Shown piece by piece: positions 25,106 through 37,925 of a DNA stretch of 64,000 nucleotides. This DNA is from Raja brachyura. Its lineage: Eukaryota. Both the position numbers and the translations under genes were made by a program. Numbering within the stretch: the first letter of the stretch is position 1; every line of letters starts with the position of its first letter. The stretch lies in the NCBI GenBank assembly GCA_963514005.1, contig OY740807.1, forward strand, positions 12,338,001 through 12,402,000, in the 5' to 3' direction. The notes below the pieces were generated by a model. It was not told where the DNA came from, made no database searches, and worked only from the letters and a program-made list of their open reading frames with translations.

Positions 25106-26099
25106 ACTTGGCATCATGTTTAGGCGCAGATACTGGGCTGAAGGGCCTGTGCTGTAACATTCTATTCCATTTTTTTTCCTTAGAGTCTCCAGCTGTAGGC
25201 ACAAGCAGATTTCTCTGCTCATGTCAGCATTATTGAATACTACAAGGCTTTCAAATTATGCCCTTTGTAAGTTCAGACTAGAGTAGGAATGTTTTATTAA
25301 AGTATTTTAATTATAAAACATTTAATTTGTTATGTAGTTGACAAAGGTACTCAAAATAATTTGGCATGTTAAGGTGATAGAAAGGATACATTTTGGGATG
25401 TATTTTGGAGTTAAACCATTTTTCAGCTGTTTTAATAAAACATCTGGTTACCACTTTAATCTTTAAATGGAAAGGGGCAAAAACATTGTTTTTATAACTG
25501 TTTATGCACTAGTTAGGGATACAATGTGGAAAAAGGCCCTTCAGCCCAATGAGTCTGCGCATGATCACTAGTTATATCCTACACACCAGGGACGAATTAC
25601 GTGAGGCAGTTAACCTACAAACCTGCACGTCTTTGGGATGTGGGAGTAAACTGGAACCCCAGAGAAAACCCACGCTGTCACGAGGCGAATGTACAAACTC
25701 TGTAGCAACAGGGAGTCTCTTTTTGACACTGAGTTGTGGTTCTCTGGATGCTTTCAAGAGATAGATCTCTTGGGGATAGCGGAGTTAAGGGATATGGAGT
25801 GAAGGCAGGAATGGGGTACTGATTGTGGATGATCAGCCATGATCATGATCAGCCATGTTCACATTGAATGGCGGGGCTGGACCTATTGTCTATTATTGTC
25901 ACCTGTAGTCAGGGTTAAACCTGGGTCTGTGGAGCTGCAAGGCTTTTTTCTTAAATGCCTTGACCTGTTTTTATTGAGCTACACATCCCCAATAGTTGTG
26001 CCAAACAGTTTACACCAACTTGGTATTTTAGTCCAAAGATTTTATTTGTGGTTATGTAAGTACATTTTAGTAGAAACTTGAAGAGTAAATCAAGTAAAC

Positions 26100-26594
26100 C
26101 AGCGTTTCTCAACCGGGGTTCCCCAGAACGCTAGGGTTCCGCAAGAGGTAGCTAGGGGTTCCGAGAGGAATAGTGATAAATAGGCTAATCATATGTAAAT
26201 GCATTTGAGTCATTTTTGTGTTTAATTTCATATTTGAAAATTTTATTATGCACGTACGACATATTCTTGGAAAATTCTTGGATATAATAAAGTCTTCAAC
26301 CTGTTATATCATTTTAAAATATAATAATCATAGGGAATACATTTAGCAACATCTATATGGCGCCAATGTGAAACGGCTTTCAGTGGTCTGTGGACAGGAG
26401 CTGCACATGACGGATTTGTGTATCAAGTGACTCACCCGAGTACAGACGCATGCACGGTCTCCATCAGTCCTGTCTGTGCTTCCTGGGTGCAAGTACAGTC
26501 CCTCATTCACCCATGTTATTTAGTCATTTTTATGTAAGGGTTCCCTGAGACATAAAAATTATTTCAAGGGTTCCGCAAGGGTTAAAAAGGTTGA
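26100..26594. mobile_element. hAT (Charlie-like) MITE, right TIR truncated
   Basis: Left end CAGCGTTTCTCAACC, right end ...AAAGGTTGA, and repeated subterminal GGTTCC motifs. Confidence 0.65.
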
Positions 26595-27599
26595 TGTCAT
26601 TTAGTTGGAAAGATTTAGAGATGATTTACAAGGATGTTTTCCAAGACATGAGGCAAGGGTTGGGCATGCTGATGCTTCATACCTTGGAGATCAGGAGGCT
26701 TCTTACAGAAGAGTATAACAATAATGAGTGGAATAAATAGGGTGAATGTCGTCTTTTTGCCCAGAGTAGCTGAAAAGAAAACAAGACTTGGGTATAAGTA
26801 CAGTGGTCAACAGGGTGCGTTGGCCAAAGGGCCTGTTTCCGTGCTGCATGACTCAAGTACTGCAACATCTTGATCATGACAAACAGGAACTCTACCCTGG
26901 GATTTTTGCATTCATTTATTAAAGCTGCCTTTGGTCATTGGATAATATCCCTTGAGGTAAATACAGCTATCAATAATCCAATTGATTGAGCTGTAATTCA
27001 AGACTATTCTACTAATTTTTATTAGAGAATCCATAGAAATGGGGTGTCTCGAGGCATGTAGATCATCATGATGGTACCAGCATTTTATTTGACCTTGTAA
27101 AATCAGATTAAACTTTCCAGAAGCACAGAAGCTAACCTGTTTTGGTGGCTTCTATAATTGAACAACCTCCTGGAAATCCCTTGGAATGAATTACCACGTG
27201 GCAGCAACAGGAGAGCTCTGGCAAATAAATTATAATGGATTTGTTTTTGTTTGTTCTTGGGATATAGGAGAGTGGTCATTATTGCCCTTTGAGGTGGTGT
27301 TTGACATCTTCAAATTGCTTCCCAAACTATGGTGACGGTGGAGTCTAAAGAGGGGTCCTGATCCGAAACGTCACATATCCATTTTCTCCAGAGATGCTGC
27401 CTGACTTGTTGAGTTACTCAACAAGCATTTTGTGTCTATTTGTTGGTATAAACCAGCATCTGCAGTCCTTTGTTATTATAAATGGTGAAGGTGTTCCTCC
27501 AAGACCGTTGGATAAGGTGTTACAAGATTTCTATCCATAAAATTACGGACTATGCACCAATGAAAGAGTGGCTATTATATGTGTGACTGAAATTTCATA

Positions 27600-29950
27600 T
27601 GACAGTTTTATATTAAAACCAGAGGTAGCACATTGTGGAAAATCCCTCCCCACCAACAATGCAGCTCAGCAAGAAAATAAGGGCTCGTCAAACTGGTCCA
27701 GATCCTTTAATCATTAAAGGCTTGTTAACTTTGTTTCTGGTAATACAAAGTGCTCCATCATTTTCAATACACATCACATATTACAGAGAACACAAAATGT
27801 ACACAGACAAAACAGCATTAAACAGATAATTACAATAGTCACCTCTTGAAATTGTTGAGTTATGATTATTTTTATATATATAATTTTTACATTATAATCA
27901 CCAGAAATACCATTAAAAATTACAAGATACTCAACATGAAATATTGATAGTGATTGGAACTGAGTTTGTTACTTCAGCAAGCAGCAAAAAAGGGTACAGA
28001 AATTCAAACCAAGTTAAAGACTACTTGCTACTACCAGCTGCATTAATTTAAACACGGCGTTTTACAAAACGAAATTGCTCTAAAGTGTGGAACTAGTACA
28101 CATGAACAGAACTGGACAATCAAGCTGCTATAAGTGTAGTCAGTACCTCCACAACTGCAGGGAACTGCTGCATTTGAAGTAGAACAGTCAAACTCCCACA
28201 GGTTCAAATGCAGGTATGCAGTGAAATTGTCCCTGTAGAATGACAAGCACCAGAACAGGTATGCAGTTAGAGCAGTACAGTTGAGCTGCTACAGGTGTAC
28301 AGTCAGTACCTTCAGATACTTCTGTAATCAGACTGCTACAGGTACCAGCACAGGAATACAGGTAGTGTCAGACCATTGTGAGTACCTGTACACGTATATC
28401 ATTGGACTGTTGTAAGTATCAATGCTGTAGTGGACTACAATCCGACCACAAATGCCAGATAGATGCACAGTTAGACCAGTAATAGCTCAGTTGAATGGCT
28501 GGATTACTAAAGGTTACCAATACAGGTGAAATTATATTGTGAGACCTTGCTGCCAATGCTGGTACATTGATCACAGTTGGGCTGCTACAGAAAGTGGCAT
28601 ATGTTCCATTGCATATGAACAGTGTATTAGCACAGTTAATAATCAGACTGGTACAGGTACCAGTACAGGTATATACTCGGATCAGAACTACTAATGCATT
28701 ATACATGTACAGAATTACTTTTAGTTTGTTGAGGAGATACGTGATAAATTTTAACTATTACAGTGAACTCATTGCTTTCATGGGATTGCTACTATTGGTA
28801 TTTGGTGTGAATTGACCTGATCAGAAGACTAGTTTATTACTGTATATTAAAGAACAACTATTCAATGTGTAACTATTACAGGATCCTTGAGGGAAAGCTC
28901 TTATGGATGTGAGAATAATTAGTTTGAAAATGGATTTGATTAGTTTCAAATGAAATCTACAGCAAGAGACATTTAAATACGTTTCACTATTGAATGCTAA
29001 CAGCGTCATGATTACTGTACTTCTTTGAGCTCTACAGTTTCAGAAAGATTCACTGCCACCCTAACTCACCACTCCACTTCCCCTTTCACAATTGGATCTT
29101 TTCCCTCAGGCCAGTTTTTTTTACTGTGTCTATATTTTAGAAGTGAATATCTGAGCAAAGTTCTCTTTGACCTTCCAGTTGTTTCCTGGCGATTGGCCAG
29201 TTCTGGGGAGTGGGGGATAGTCACATCACCAGACCAGCTGGAGATAGTCCATAGTAAAATGAAAATGAACAGTAGATTTGGGTAGGAGAAAGATATTAAA
29301 TTACTCGAATGTCTATTGTAGTTATTACCAGACCAATAATCCACAGAGTAAAAGTTTAATCGCATCTTGGGCAATTTGAGAATTTGCAATCACCTCATAG
29401 GAAATAAACGTGCGAAGGTAACCCTTGCTTCCACAAAAACCTATTTTATTGTTTCCTTTAAGGAATAAAACATGTCAAATGACCTAAATGTGACTCCAGT
29501 CCAACACCAACGATGCTGGTTCTCAGCTGCCCACTGAGGTGGCCCACCCAGTAAGTGGTATCTGACCGGCAGGTCAAATCGCGGCTTATAAATGGTGAGC
29601 ATAGCTAGGGACGATCCCCATCCAAGAGTGCAAAGGGAACCTCTTGCCTGATGTGAATGAAGACCCTACACAAATATCCTCTACTTCACATTCCGACCCA
29701 GGTCTGCTCATACCCCTGGTCAATATCAGTGAGGTGTCCTCAGTCACAAAAGGCACCATGGTGAAGCCAGCTCTGTTTTGGGGAAAAAACAGATTAGACT
29801 CTCATATGGGTGATGTGGCTAAAATACTCTTCGGCTGGAATATAAGATAGCGTGCTGACTATTCATTTGAAATGTAAGTACTCTAGTGAAGACAGCCTGG
29901 GCAAGGGGGCAGGGGTGTTGGTCTAGTAATGGTGGAACTACATGAATTAT
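27600..29950 (-). other. PPM1E: Probable PPM1E 3'UTR (distal end uncertain)
   Basis: Repeat-poor AT-rich tract following the stop codon. Only a variant signal (AATATAAAA on -, near 27606-27614) was seen. Confidence 0.45.
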
Positions 29951-30954
29951 TTACTGTTGCAGTAGACAGACGCCACGTAAACTAGTTGCCATCTGCTGGT
30001 GCCAGCTGATGCCAGCCCAGCCCAAGTGACATATACTGCCCACTTTTTTCTGCCGTGACTCCCAGTGAGTTGCACCCCTGCGATTCCGACTGCTTGTCCC
30101 GGCGCTGGTTTTGCTGCTATGTCTCTGTGTGAGGAGGGATGGGCCTTGCTGTGGCGGCGGGGTTGATTGTTGTCCTTGCTGATTCACTGCGCAAGCGACT
30201 CTGTGGGCCGTGGTGGGAATATCCTGGGCGGCGGGACAGAGGGGAGCCGGCCTCTCTGCCCTGCTGCTCCGGCTTTTGCTCTGGCCCGCCAGCGAAGGCT
30301 TCCAAGGCCGGACCTCATCCAGCTCAAAATCCCCTCGTTCCTGCAAGGTTGAGAACGGCAGTTCCACGCTGGGTGGATCGGCCCTCTTCGGTCTGCATTG
30401 TGGCGGAGGGGAGTCCTTGGCACTGGCCGCCAGCGCTTGATCACCCTGCGAACCTTGGTCGCAAAGGAGGATGACCTGAGGGCCTAAAGTCAGACTAGTT
30501 CTGTCGGTGAGTGAATCCTCGCGAGTATCTTGGGCTAGTTCTGAACCAGTCCCATAGTGAGGCAGGGTCCGAGGTCCTTGGAAGTCACCTTGATTCTCTT
30601 TATCGTCCCTGCCATCGCCCTGTGCCCCGTCAAAAGAGTTGCCTGACCACTTTGAGTCTCCGTTTGCCTCCTCCTCTTCCAGCGGCGCGTTCAGGTCCCG
30701 CAGGAAGACCACGATGACGGTGATGTTGTCGCTGGAACCAGCATCTCGTGCGGACGCCACCAATTTGTGCGCCACCATGCTACTATCACCGTTGTTCTCC
30801 TTAAGGTGGTCGGCCACCACTTTGACTGCTTCCTCCGGTTCCATGGTATCGTAGAAGCCGTCACAGGCGAGGATGAGATAGTCCTCGGTCCCGTCCAGCA
30901 TGAGCGTGTCACTGTCTGCTTCACCGCAGATGTATGGTTTGTGTTCAGCATCCC
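29951..30954 (-). CDS. PPM1E: PPM1E last coding exon (end of PP2C domain plus C-terminal tail)
   Basis: Acceptor ttgcttcag|. Encodes [11 protein letters not shown]...[10 protein letters not shown]...[19 protein letters not shown]...DSLTDRTSL, stop TAA at 29951-29953. Confidence 0.96.
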
Positions 30955-32504
30955 CTGAAGCAATCAAAGAGTGGTTGGTTAGTGAAAGCTGAGATCATGG
31001 GAACAACCTGCATCACTGCCCCATTAATATCAGCAACAAGAGGGTCAGGAACAAACACACAGCACAGCATCTGTCTGACTGAGACAGATAAGGGCCAAGC
31101 ATTATAGAGAACACATTTCATTACTGCACACCATCCCAAAGCACTTCAAAGAACATTCCTGATATGTTAATTATAAGAAAGACAATGCCAATTTTAGAGC
31201 AACAAGTTTCCACAATGAACAGATAATCTATTGCTTTTGGCAAACATTCAGAGATTAATGCTAGGTGGAGCTCTTGTGCTGGTGCTCTTATGCCTTTTAC
31301 ATACACTTGAACATGCAGACAAAGGCGTGGTTGTAATGTCTCACCTTAAAGGTGCAGCCTTCTTTCAGTACTGGAGTGTTAGCCTGGACTGTTGGCTCAA
31401 GTCTCTGGACTTGGAATGAGTAATCTCAGAAGGCCAAGGCTGCCAATATAGCAATGCACAAGCTCGACAAAACCAACCATGATTACAAGTGACGCTTGCA
31501 CTCCCACTGTTTCTATAGTTAATTAGGGGAGGGAGGTCACCACTGAAAATACTGGTGGAGAAATCTGCCTTGAATCGTTATCAATATTAGGAGGACATAT
31601 TAGTGGTAGTGATTGGTACCCAGAAATTAATGTCTATTTGGGAGTCATTCTTCTCAACCACTTAATTGATACATGCAAATCATTGGAATGCAGGCGACGT
31701 ATGTCCTGGTTAAAACCATAAACTTGAAAATTATTTTGGATCATGGAAACAGGCCCTTCGGCTCAACATGTCCACACTTGTCAAGGTGCCCTTACTAAGC
31801 CCTTACCATTTTCCCGTGTTTGGCCCATATCCCTCTAAACCTTTCCCATCCATGTACCTGTCCAAGTGCCTTTTAAATGTTGTTATAGTACCTGCCTCAA
31901 CTACCTCCTCTGGCAGCTCGTCCTATATACCCGCCACCCTCGAACCAAGCTTGGATAATCCACAGTATCCATTCACCTGGTCACATTCAGAGTGATTGGC
32001 ACAGTTCTTGTCTCTGTCAAAAATGTTGGAGATAGTGAAGAAAAGATTTACATTGATTAAAATCAGGAATGACTGAAAAGATGAGGAGTCTCCTGGTTTA
32101 AGGTCCTGAAGCAATTTGATCAGGTTGTGCGTGGGGAGGATATCTCCACATGGCTGAACACAGGGCTAAGGACATGGGAAGCAATAATAAATTTAATGCA
32201 TAATTCAAGTGTAATTTCTCCATCCAGAAAGTGGTAAAAAGGTGGAACTTGCTCCTATATGTAGTGGCTGAGGCAAGCAGAAGAGATCAATTTAAGGGGG
32301 AACCAGATGGAAAGGAATTAGGAAAAGATGTTGATGGTGTGAAAGGGAGTGGGAAGCTTATCCTACAGAGCATAGATCAGTTGGACAAAGTGGCCTGCAC
32401 ATTCTTAGCAGCAGGAGATTCTGTGTATCTCTGGGTGTCGCTATGAAGTGTGGGTGGACAACGGGAAACGCTGAAAATCAGTTTCCAAATTTAAAAAACC
32501 TCAC

Positions 32505-32598
32505 CGATCGCTCTGGAGACGGAAAGGCTTCCATTAACTCTCCAGGCCCCGAACCAGACCACGCAGCCTCCGAGTGCCTCGATCCTCTGCTTTTCATC
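32505..32598 (-). CDS. PPM1E: PPM1E exon 6 (94 nt)
   Basis: [32 protein letters not shown], canonical ag/gtgag boundaries. Confidence 0.96.
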
Positions 32599-32919
32599 CT
32601 GAAGGAACAAAAAAAAGGAAGAGTTAGAAAACTGTTGCAACACTGTTACACGACCTTGAAGTTGGCGATATAGGAGGCTGAGTGGGAGCAGGGTTGGAGG
32701 TGATCCAATTGCTTGGTTTACCCAAGAATCAGCGTCACAGATAAAAATAGTAATGAGATTCTGCTGTGAGAGATTGAGGAGCACAAGTCCAAATAGTGCA
32801 GAGGATCACATTGAATAATTTCTGGATTGTTACAGTACCAAAGTGGCGCAGGAGGATCTAACTCAATGAATGGAGTAGATGGTAGGGTATTGAATCAGGG
32901 GATAGATCGACACTGAATT

Positions 32920-33185
32920 TGGCACATGGTGGTGCAGCTGGTAGAGCTGCTGCCTCACTGCGACAGAGACCCGAGTTCGATCCTCATCTCGGGTGCTGCC
33001 TATGTAGAGTTTGCATGTTCTCCCTGTGACTGGTGTGGGAGTCCTTTGGTTTCTTCCCACATCCCATAGACATGCTGGTTTGTAGGTGAATTGACCTCTG
33101 TAAAGTACACCTAATGTGTTGGGAGTGGATAAGAAAGTGGAATAACATAGAACTAGGGCCTGTTTCTATGCTGTATTTCTAAACT
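32920..33185 (+). mobile_element. tRNA-derived V-SINE (HE1-like)
   Basis: A-box tggtgcagctggtag, B-box gagttcgatcc, V-domain and CR1-like tail. Confidence 0.82.
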
Positions 33186-33349
33186 AAATTCAGACCTGTG
33201 TCTTGGATAACTGAATGAATAGTGTGGTGGATTGGGTTTGATCTGAGGAAAGAGTAACCTCAGATTCAGTGTTTCAATGTTATAAAGCAGGGAAGTGACC
33301 TGGGTAGAAGTAGTCAGTCAGGATGTGACAGAAAACTTAACAAAAGTCC

Positions 33350-34470
33350 TAGGCATAATGACTCTGGTGACATCAGGGAAATGAGTCAAAGCTAAAGTCA
33401 TGATATCTGAATGCACAAAACATTCACAGCTAAGCAGGAATTTGGAGTCATAGTTGCATAATGATTAATGTTGTGAATTAAAAAGGTTAAAAAAGATGGC
33501 TTTTAGAAGAAAAGACACCAAGCAACTCAGCGGGTCGGCAGCACCTCTCCAGATGTTGAGTAATTTGTATATTTGTTTGTAAATTAGCATCTGCAGTTCC
33601 TTCTTTCTATACTTTGCTTTAAGAAGAGCAGCAGATTGTGAAGATATTCCTGGGGATAAAGCAGGATAAAGAAAGTACAGCGAAGCACTTAGCCTGGAAA
33701 AATCAAGGTGCAGAAACAGTCTCCTAATTCTTGAGTTGAGTATACATCGGACAACTGCAGTAGAGGTACATGAACATGGGTAATACAATCATCCAGGACA
33801 AAGCAAATTGCAGTATTGCTGTGGAGAATGATTACATAGAATATATTCAAATTAGTTTTACAGTTCAGTATGTGAGGAACTATACAGAGAACAGGTTTAA
33901 TATTGTGCCACGAAACAGAGCAAATTAATAACCTTTCAGTAAAATAGCTTCTGGGTAAGAGTCAACATATGAGCTTTAAGGATCATATATGCTGAAAGGG
34001 AATTGAGATAATTTTGAAACTGGGAACTCTAATCTGAACCTACCAAATAAACAATGTTATTATGAGGACAGAATTAACTAAGATGGACTGGGAAACTTGA
34101 TTCAATTATGGCACGCATTGAAATAAATTATTAACAATTTCTAACAAACACAAATTAAACAATGACAAAAACAAAGGACTTACTGGGACTAACAAGAGAA
34201 GTTATATTCAAGAAAGAAGCCGATAATGTTGAAAAAAGAGCAGGAAATCTAGAATCTGTGAGGACTTTGAAAAAGGTGGCAAGAAATTGATGGTGGGAGA
34301 ATAAAGAAAAACTAAATAAATTAGAAACCAACATCAAAACAAATTATTAAAGATTGCAAAGTATGTAAAAAGGCAAAGGATAGTAAAACTGAATACAGAA
34401 ATAGAGAGATTATGTTTCAGTTAGAAAGGGCATTGGTGAGATCACACTATGAGTACTATGCATAATATCA
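33350..34470 (+). mobile_element. Old degenerate CR1 fragments, interrupted by a Penelope element and resuming at about 35195
   Basis: cattggtgagatcacactatgagtac (CR1 LVRPHLEY-like) before the break, and cagagaaggctcactagactaat after it. Confidence 0.5.
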
Positions 34471-34479
34471 TTCTTAATG

Positions 34480-35165
34480 ACCCCACCACTCGCCACATCT
34501 TCCCATCTCCCCGCCTGTCTGCTTTCCGCAAAGGCCGCTCCCTCCATAACTCCCAGGCTAATTCTTCCTTTCCCACCCACACCACCTGCTCCCCGGGCAC
34601 TTTCCCATGCAACCGCAGGAAATGCTACACTTGTCGCTTTACCTCCCCCCTCGACTCCATTCAAGGACCCAAGCAGTCGTTCCAGGTGCGACAGAGGTTC
34701 TCCTGCACCTCCTCCAACCTCATCTATTGCATCCGCTGCTTTAGATGTCAGCTGATCTACATCGGTGAGACCAAGCATAGGCTTGGCGATCGTTTCGCCG
34801 AACACCTCCGCTCGGTCCGCATTAACCAATTCCCCCTCCCATTTCGAATCCAACCTTTCTGTCCTGGGCCTCCTCCATGGCCAGAGTGAGCACCACCGGA
34901 AATTGGACGAGCAGCACCTCATATTCCGCTTGGGCAGTCTGCACCCCAGCGGCTTGAACATTGACTTCTCCATTTTCCGGTAACCCTTGCTGTCTCCTCC
35001 CCTTCTCAGCTCTCCCTCAGCCCTCTGGCTCCACCTCTGTCTTTCTTCTTCCTGCCCCCCACCCTACATCACTGAAGAAGGGTTTTGGCCCGAAACGTTG
35101 CCTATTTCCTTCGCTCCATAGATGCTGCCTCATCAGCTGAGTTTCTCCAGCACTTTTGTCTACCT
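34480..35165 (+). mobile_element. Penelope-like element: GIY-YIG endonuclease region plus pseudo-LTR
   Basis: CTSSNLIYCIRC..CQLIYIGETKHRLGDRFAEHLRSV and EQHLIFRLGSLHPSGLNIDFS, followed by a hammerhead-bearing tail. Confidence 0.9.
35072..35099 (+). ncRNA. Minimal hammerhead ribozyme motif in the Penelope pseudo-LTR
   Basis: CUGAAGA-A-GGGUU(UU)GGCCC-GAAAC-GUU. Confidence 0.7.
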
Positions 35166-36606
35166 TCATTCTTAATGTTTATGTGTTCAAAGCTCAGAGA
35201 AGGCTCACTAGACTAATAATAGAGATGGATGGGGTATCCTACAGAGAAAGGATGGGTATGCTAGACTTGTCAGAGTCATGGAGTGACACAGCGTGGAAAC
35301 AGACCTTTCGGCCCAACTTGTCCAGACCAACCAGCATGTCCCAGCTACACTAGTCCCACCTGCCCTCATTTGGTCCATATCCCTCCAAATCTGTCCTATC
35401 CATGTACCTGTCTAACTGTTCTTAAACATTGGGATAGTACCAGCTGCTCCTCTGGCAGCTTGTTCCACACACCCACCACCCTTTGTGTGAACCTTTCATA
35501 GCTGCATGGATTTTAGCAGCGTGGGAAGTCACATGATTAAGACAAATAAGACCTTAATTTCTTAACAGGCCTGGCATCATCCATGGAGGGAAATGGAGAG
35601 ACAATACCTCAGGCCAGTACTCTTCCTCAGATTGAAGAAGGGTCCTGACCCGAAACGCAATCTATTCATCTCCCTCCACAGACGCTGCCTGGCCTGCCTC
35701 AGTTCCTGCAGCAATTTTCTTTTCTGCTCAATACACCAGTATCTGCAGTATCACTGAAGATTCTCTTGACAGGGTGAATACATAGATAATAATCTCTTTT
35801 ACAGGAAAAATCTAGAACAAAAGGCCACTATTTAAAAACAAGCGTTGTCCATTTATGAAAGGGTTGGGGTGAATTGTTTTTCTCTCAAGAGGATCGCAAT
35901 CCTTTGGAACTCTTCCTTAAAAGGCAGTGGAAGTTGAGCATTTGATTTTCTTTAAGACAAACTAAAGATTCTTGAAAAGCAGCAGATAAAACAGTAACAT
36001 GGAAATGTTGAGCTTACAATCAGATCAGCGATTATCTTATTAAATGAGGTATCCAGTGGCCTACTCTTCCTCCTTGTTCTTAATTGTGTTTGTAAACTTG
36101 AGCACTACGGCAAGTGACCAAGATGTTTATTTAAGTACAGTTATTCCTCTGGATCTGATTACATGTATCCTAGGAGTTTGAAAATAGATGGTTACAAAGC
36201 TAATACATGTTAGTCTTGGTCTTTTCTAGAGAGAGCGCAGAAGAGAAATAAAACGAGGGCTGAAAATTGGATAGGTTGAGATAGACACTAATAACTGGAG
36301 TAACTCAGCAGGTCAGGCAGCATCTCTGGAGAAAAGGAATAGGTGATGTTTTGGGTTGAAACCCTTCTTCAGACATCATGGGTTAAGTCTGTTTTCTTTA
36401 AGACAGAGAAGATTGAGAGACAATGACTGAAGTGTATAAAATTATGATTGACCTAAGGGAAGGCACGATATATTTCACTTAGCAGAGGAGTTGTGAGGGA
36501 GAGTCTGAGGCAATTTCCAGTCCATAAAGCCATGTACAATCCCCATCATCGTAAGTGCACATTTGTGTCGAGAAAATTCGGCATGCTGTCACTGTGCCCC
36601 AATTAC

Positions 36607-36750
36607 CTCTCGATCAGGTTTGTGTGGTTTCATCAGTTCCACGACCTGGCCTCTTCGGACCAGCATTACCTGGGAGTCCCCAAGCCAGGCTATGTGCAGC
36701 ATGTTGCCCCGCAAAAAGGTCACCACTCCAGTTGAGCCACATCGCAGGTT
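36607..36750 (-). CDS. PPM1E: PPM1E exon 5 (144 nt)
   Basis: [48 protein letters not shown], canonical sites. This frame is not in the ORF track. Confidence 0.96.
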
Positions 36751-37736
36751 CTGAGGGAACGAGAATGAAACTGTAGGTTATCATCAAAGTTATCAACATT
36801 TCCATACACCTGCCTGACCCCTCCCTGCTCAGAACTTCCTGACCAGGACATGTGAGATTCTCCCCAAATTTATCCTAGCCTGATTCATCAGATGGAGGAG
36901 GATCACTTTACAATTTAGGCTGTCTGCCTTTCACCCCTTCACATCACACTAAAATATCCTGTTGTGCTGCATGGAGTGTGATGCTGCATAGCGCAGGTGG
37001 TGATAACTGTGATGGTTCTTTGGTGGAAGTTTCCTGAAATCTCTACCCCATTTTTGGTGGTATCGTAGAGGTAGCTGGAAGAATGAGAGACATTGGGGAC
37101 CACATTTTTGACCCCCTTACTCACCACTCACAATTATAAACATTTCTCACTTTCTGCTTGCAGCTGCTTATGTGCTGGTGAGTGAGTGGCTGGAGGTATC
37201 ATCGGGAACTCTGGGGAGAGCAGAGGTTGGCATTAGTCTGTGCAGGATTAAATCGAGAGGGGTCAATAGGTAATAACTGGCACAAGAGTCAGAAAAGATG
37301 AGGGAGCATTTCTTAACAAAGAGGGGTGGCGAGGTATGTAAAGTGCCCAAATAGGTAAACAAAATCTGTCTCCATTGGTTCCTACATTTAAGTGTTTTTT
37401 GGACATTTAACTTGAATAGGTTAAAAACAGGAGAGTGGGAGATTGGATAGCCTTCCCAAAGTGATAGTAAAGGCCAAATAACTAATTTGACCCAGCAGAG
37501 TTGCTCACGATCACTTGGTGGTGAACACTGTACTCAGATTACATTGGCAGCCCATTTCATTGTCTCATTGCACCAATCCATCACATGCATGGCAACAGCT
37601 TCTCAGTGAGATGTTGATTCAGGCAGAACAGTGGTAACAAATGGCCCTCCATGTGGGACAGAAATCGTATACAAAGTGAGAGACAGCCCTCTTGGACACA
37701 TTCAGTGCGAGGTTTCTTTAGATCTTGATCACAAAC

Positions 37737-37925
37737 CTCTCTGGCAGCCTTCTGGACAAATCGTTCGTCCGTGAGACGAAAGGCACGACACAAGGCCTCA
37801 GCAGGGTCATGCTGGAAGATTTCCTGACGTGCCAGGTTCACATGAAGGTGGATGGAGGCATAAATTGCAGCGTCCACCCCTCCATGTCCATCAAACACAG
37901 CAAAAAATGATTGTTCTTCCTGGTC
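37737..37925 (-). CDS. PPM1E: PPM1E exon 4 (189 nt)
   Basis: [31 protein letters not shown]...[11 protein letters not shown]. Confidence 0.96.

Noticed and set aside
30117-30963. Multiple alternative-frame and antisense ORFs
   Set aside because: They overlap the GC-rich PPM1E last exon, where stop-poor frames are expected.
32920-32995. tRNA gene
   Set aside because: The A/B boxes belong to a V-SINE head followed by the SINE body, with no full cloverleaf.
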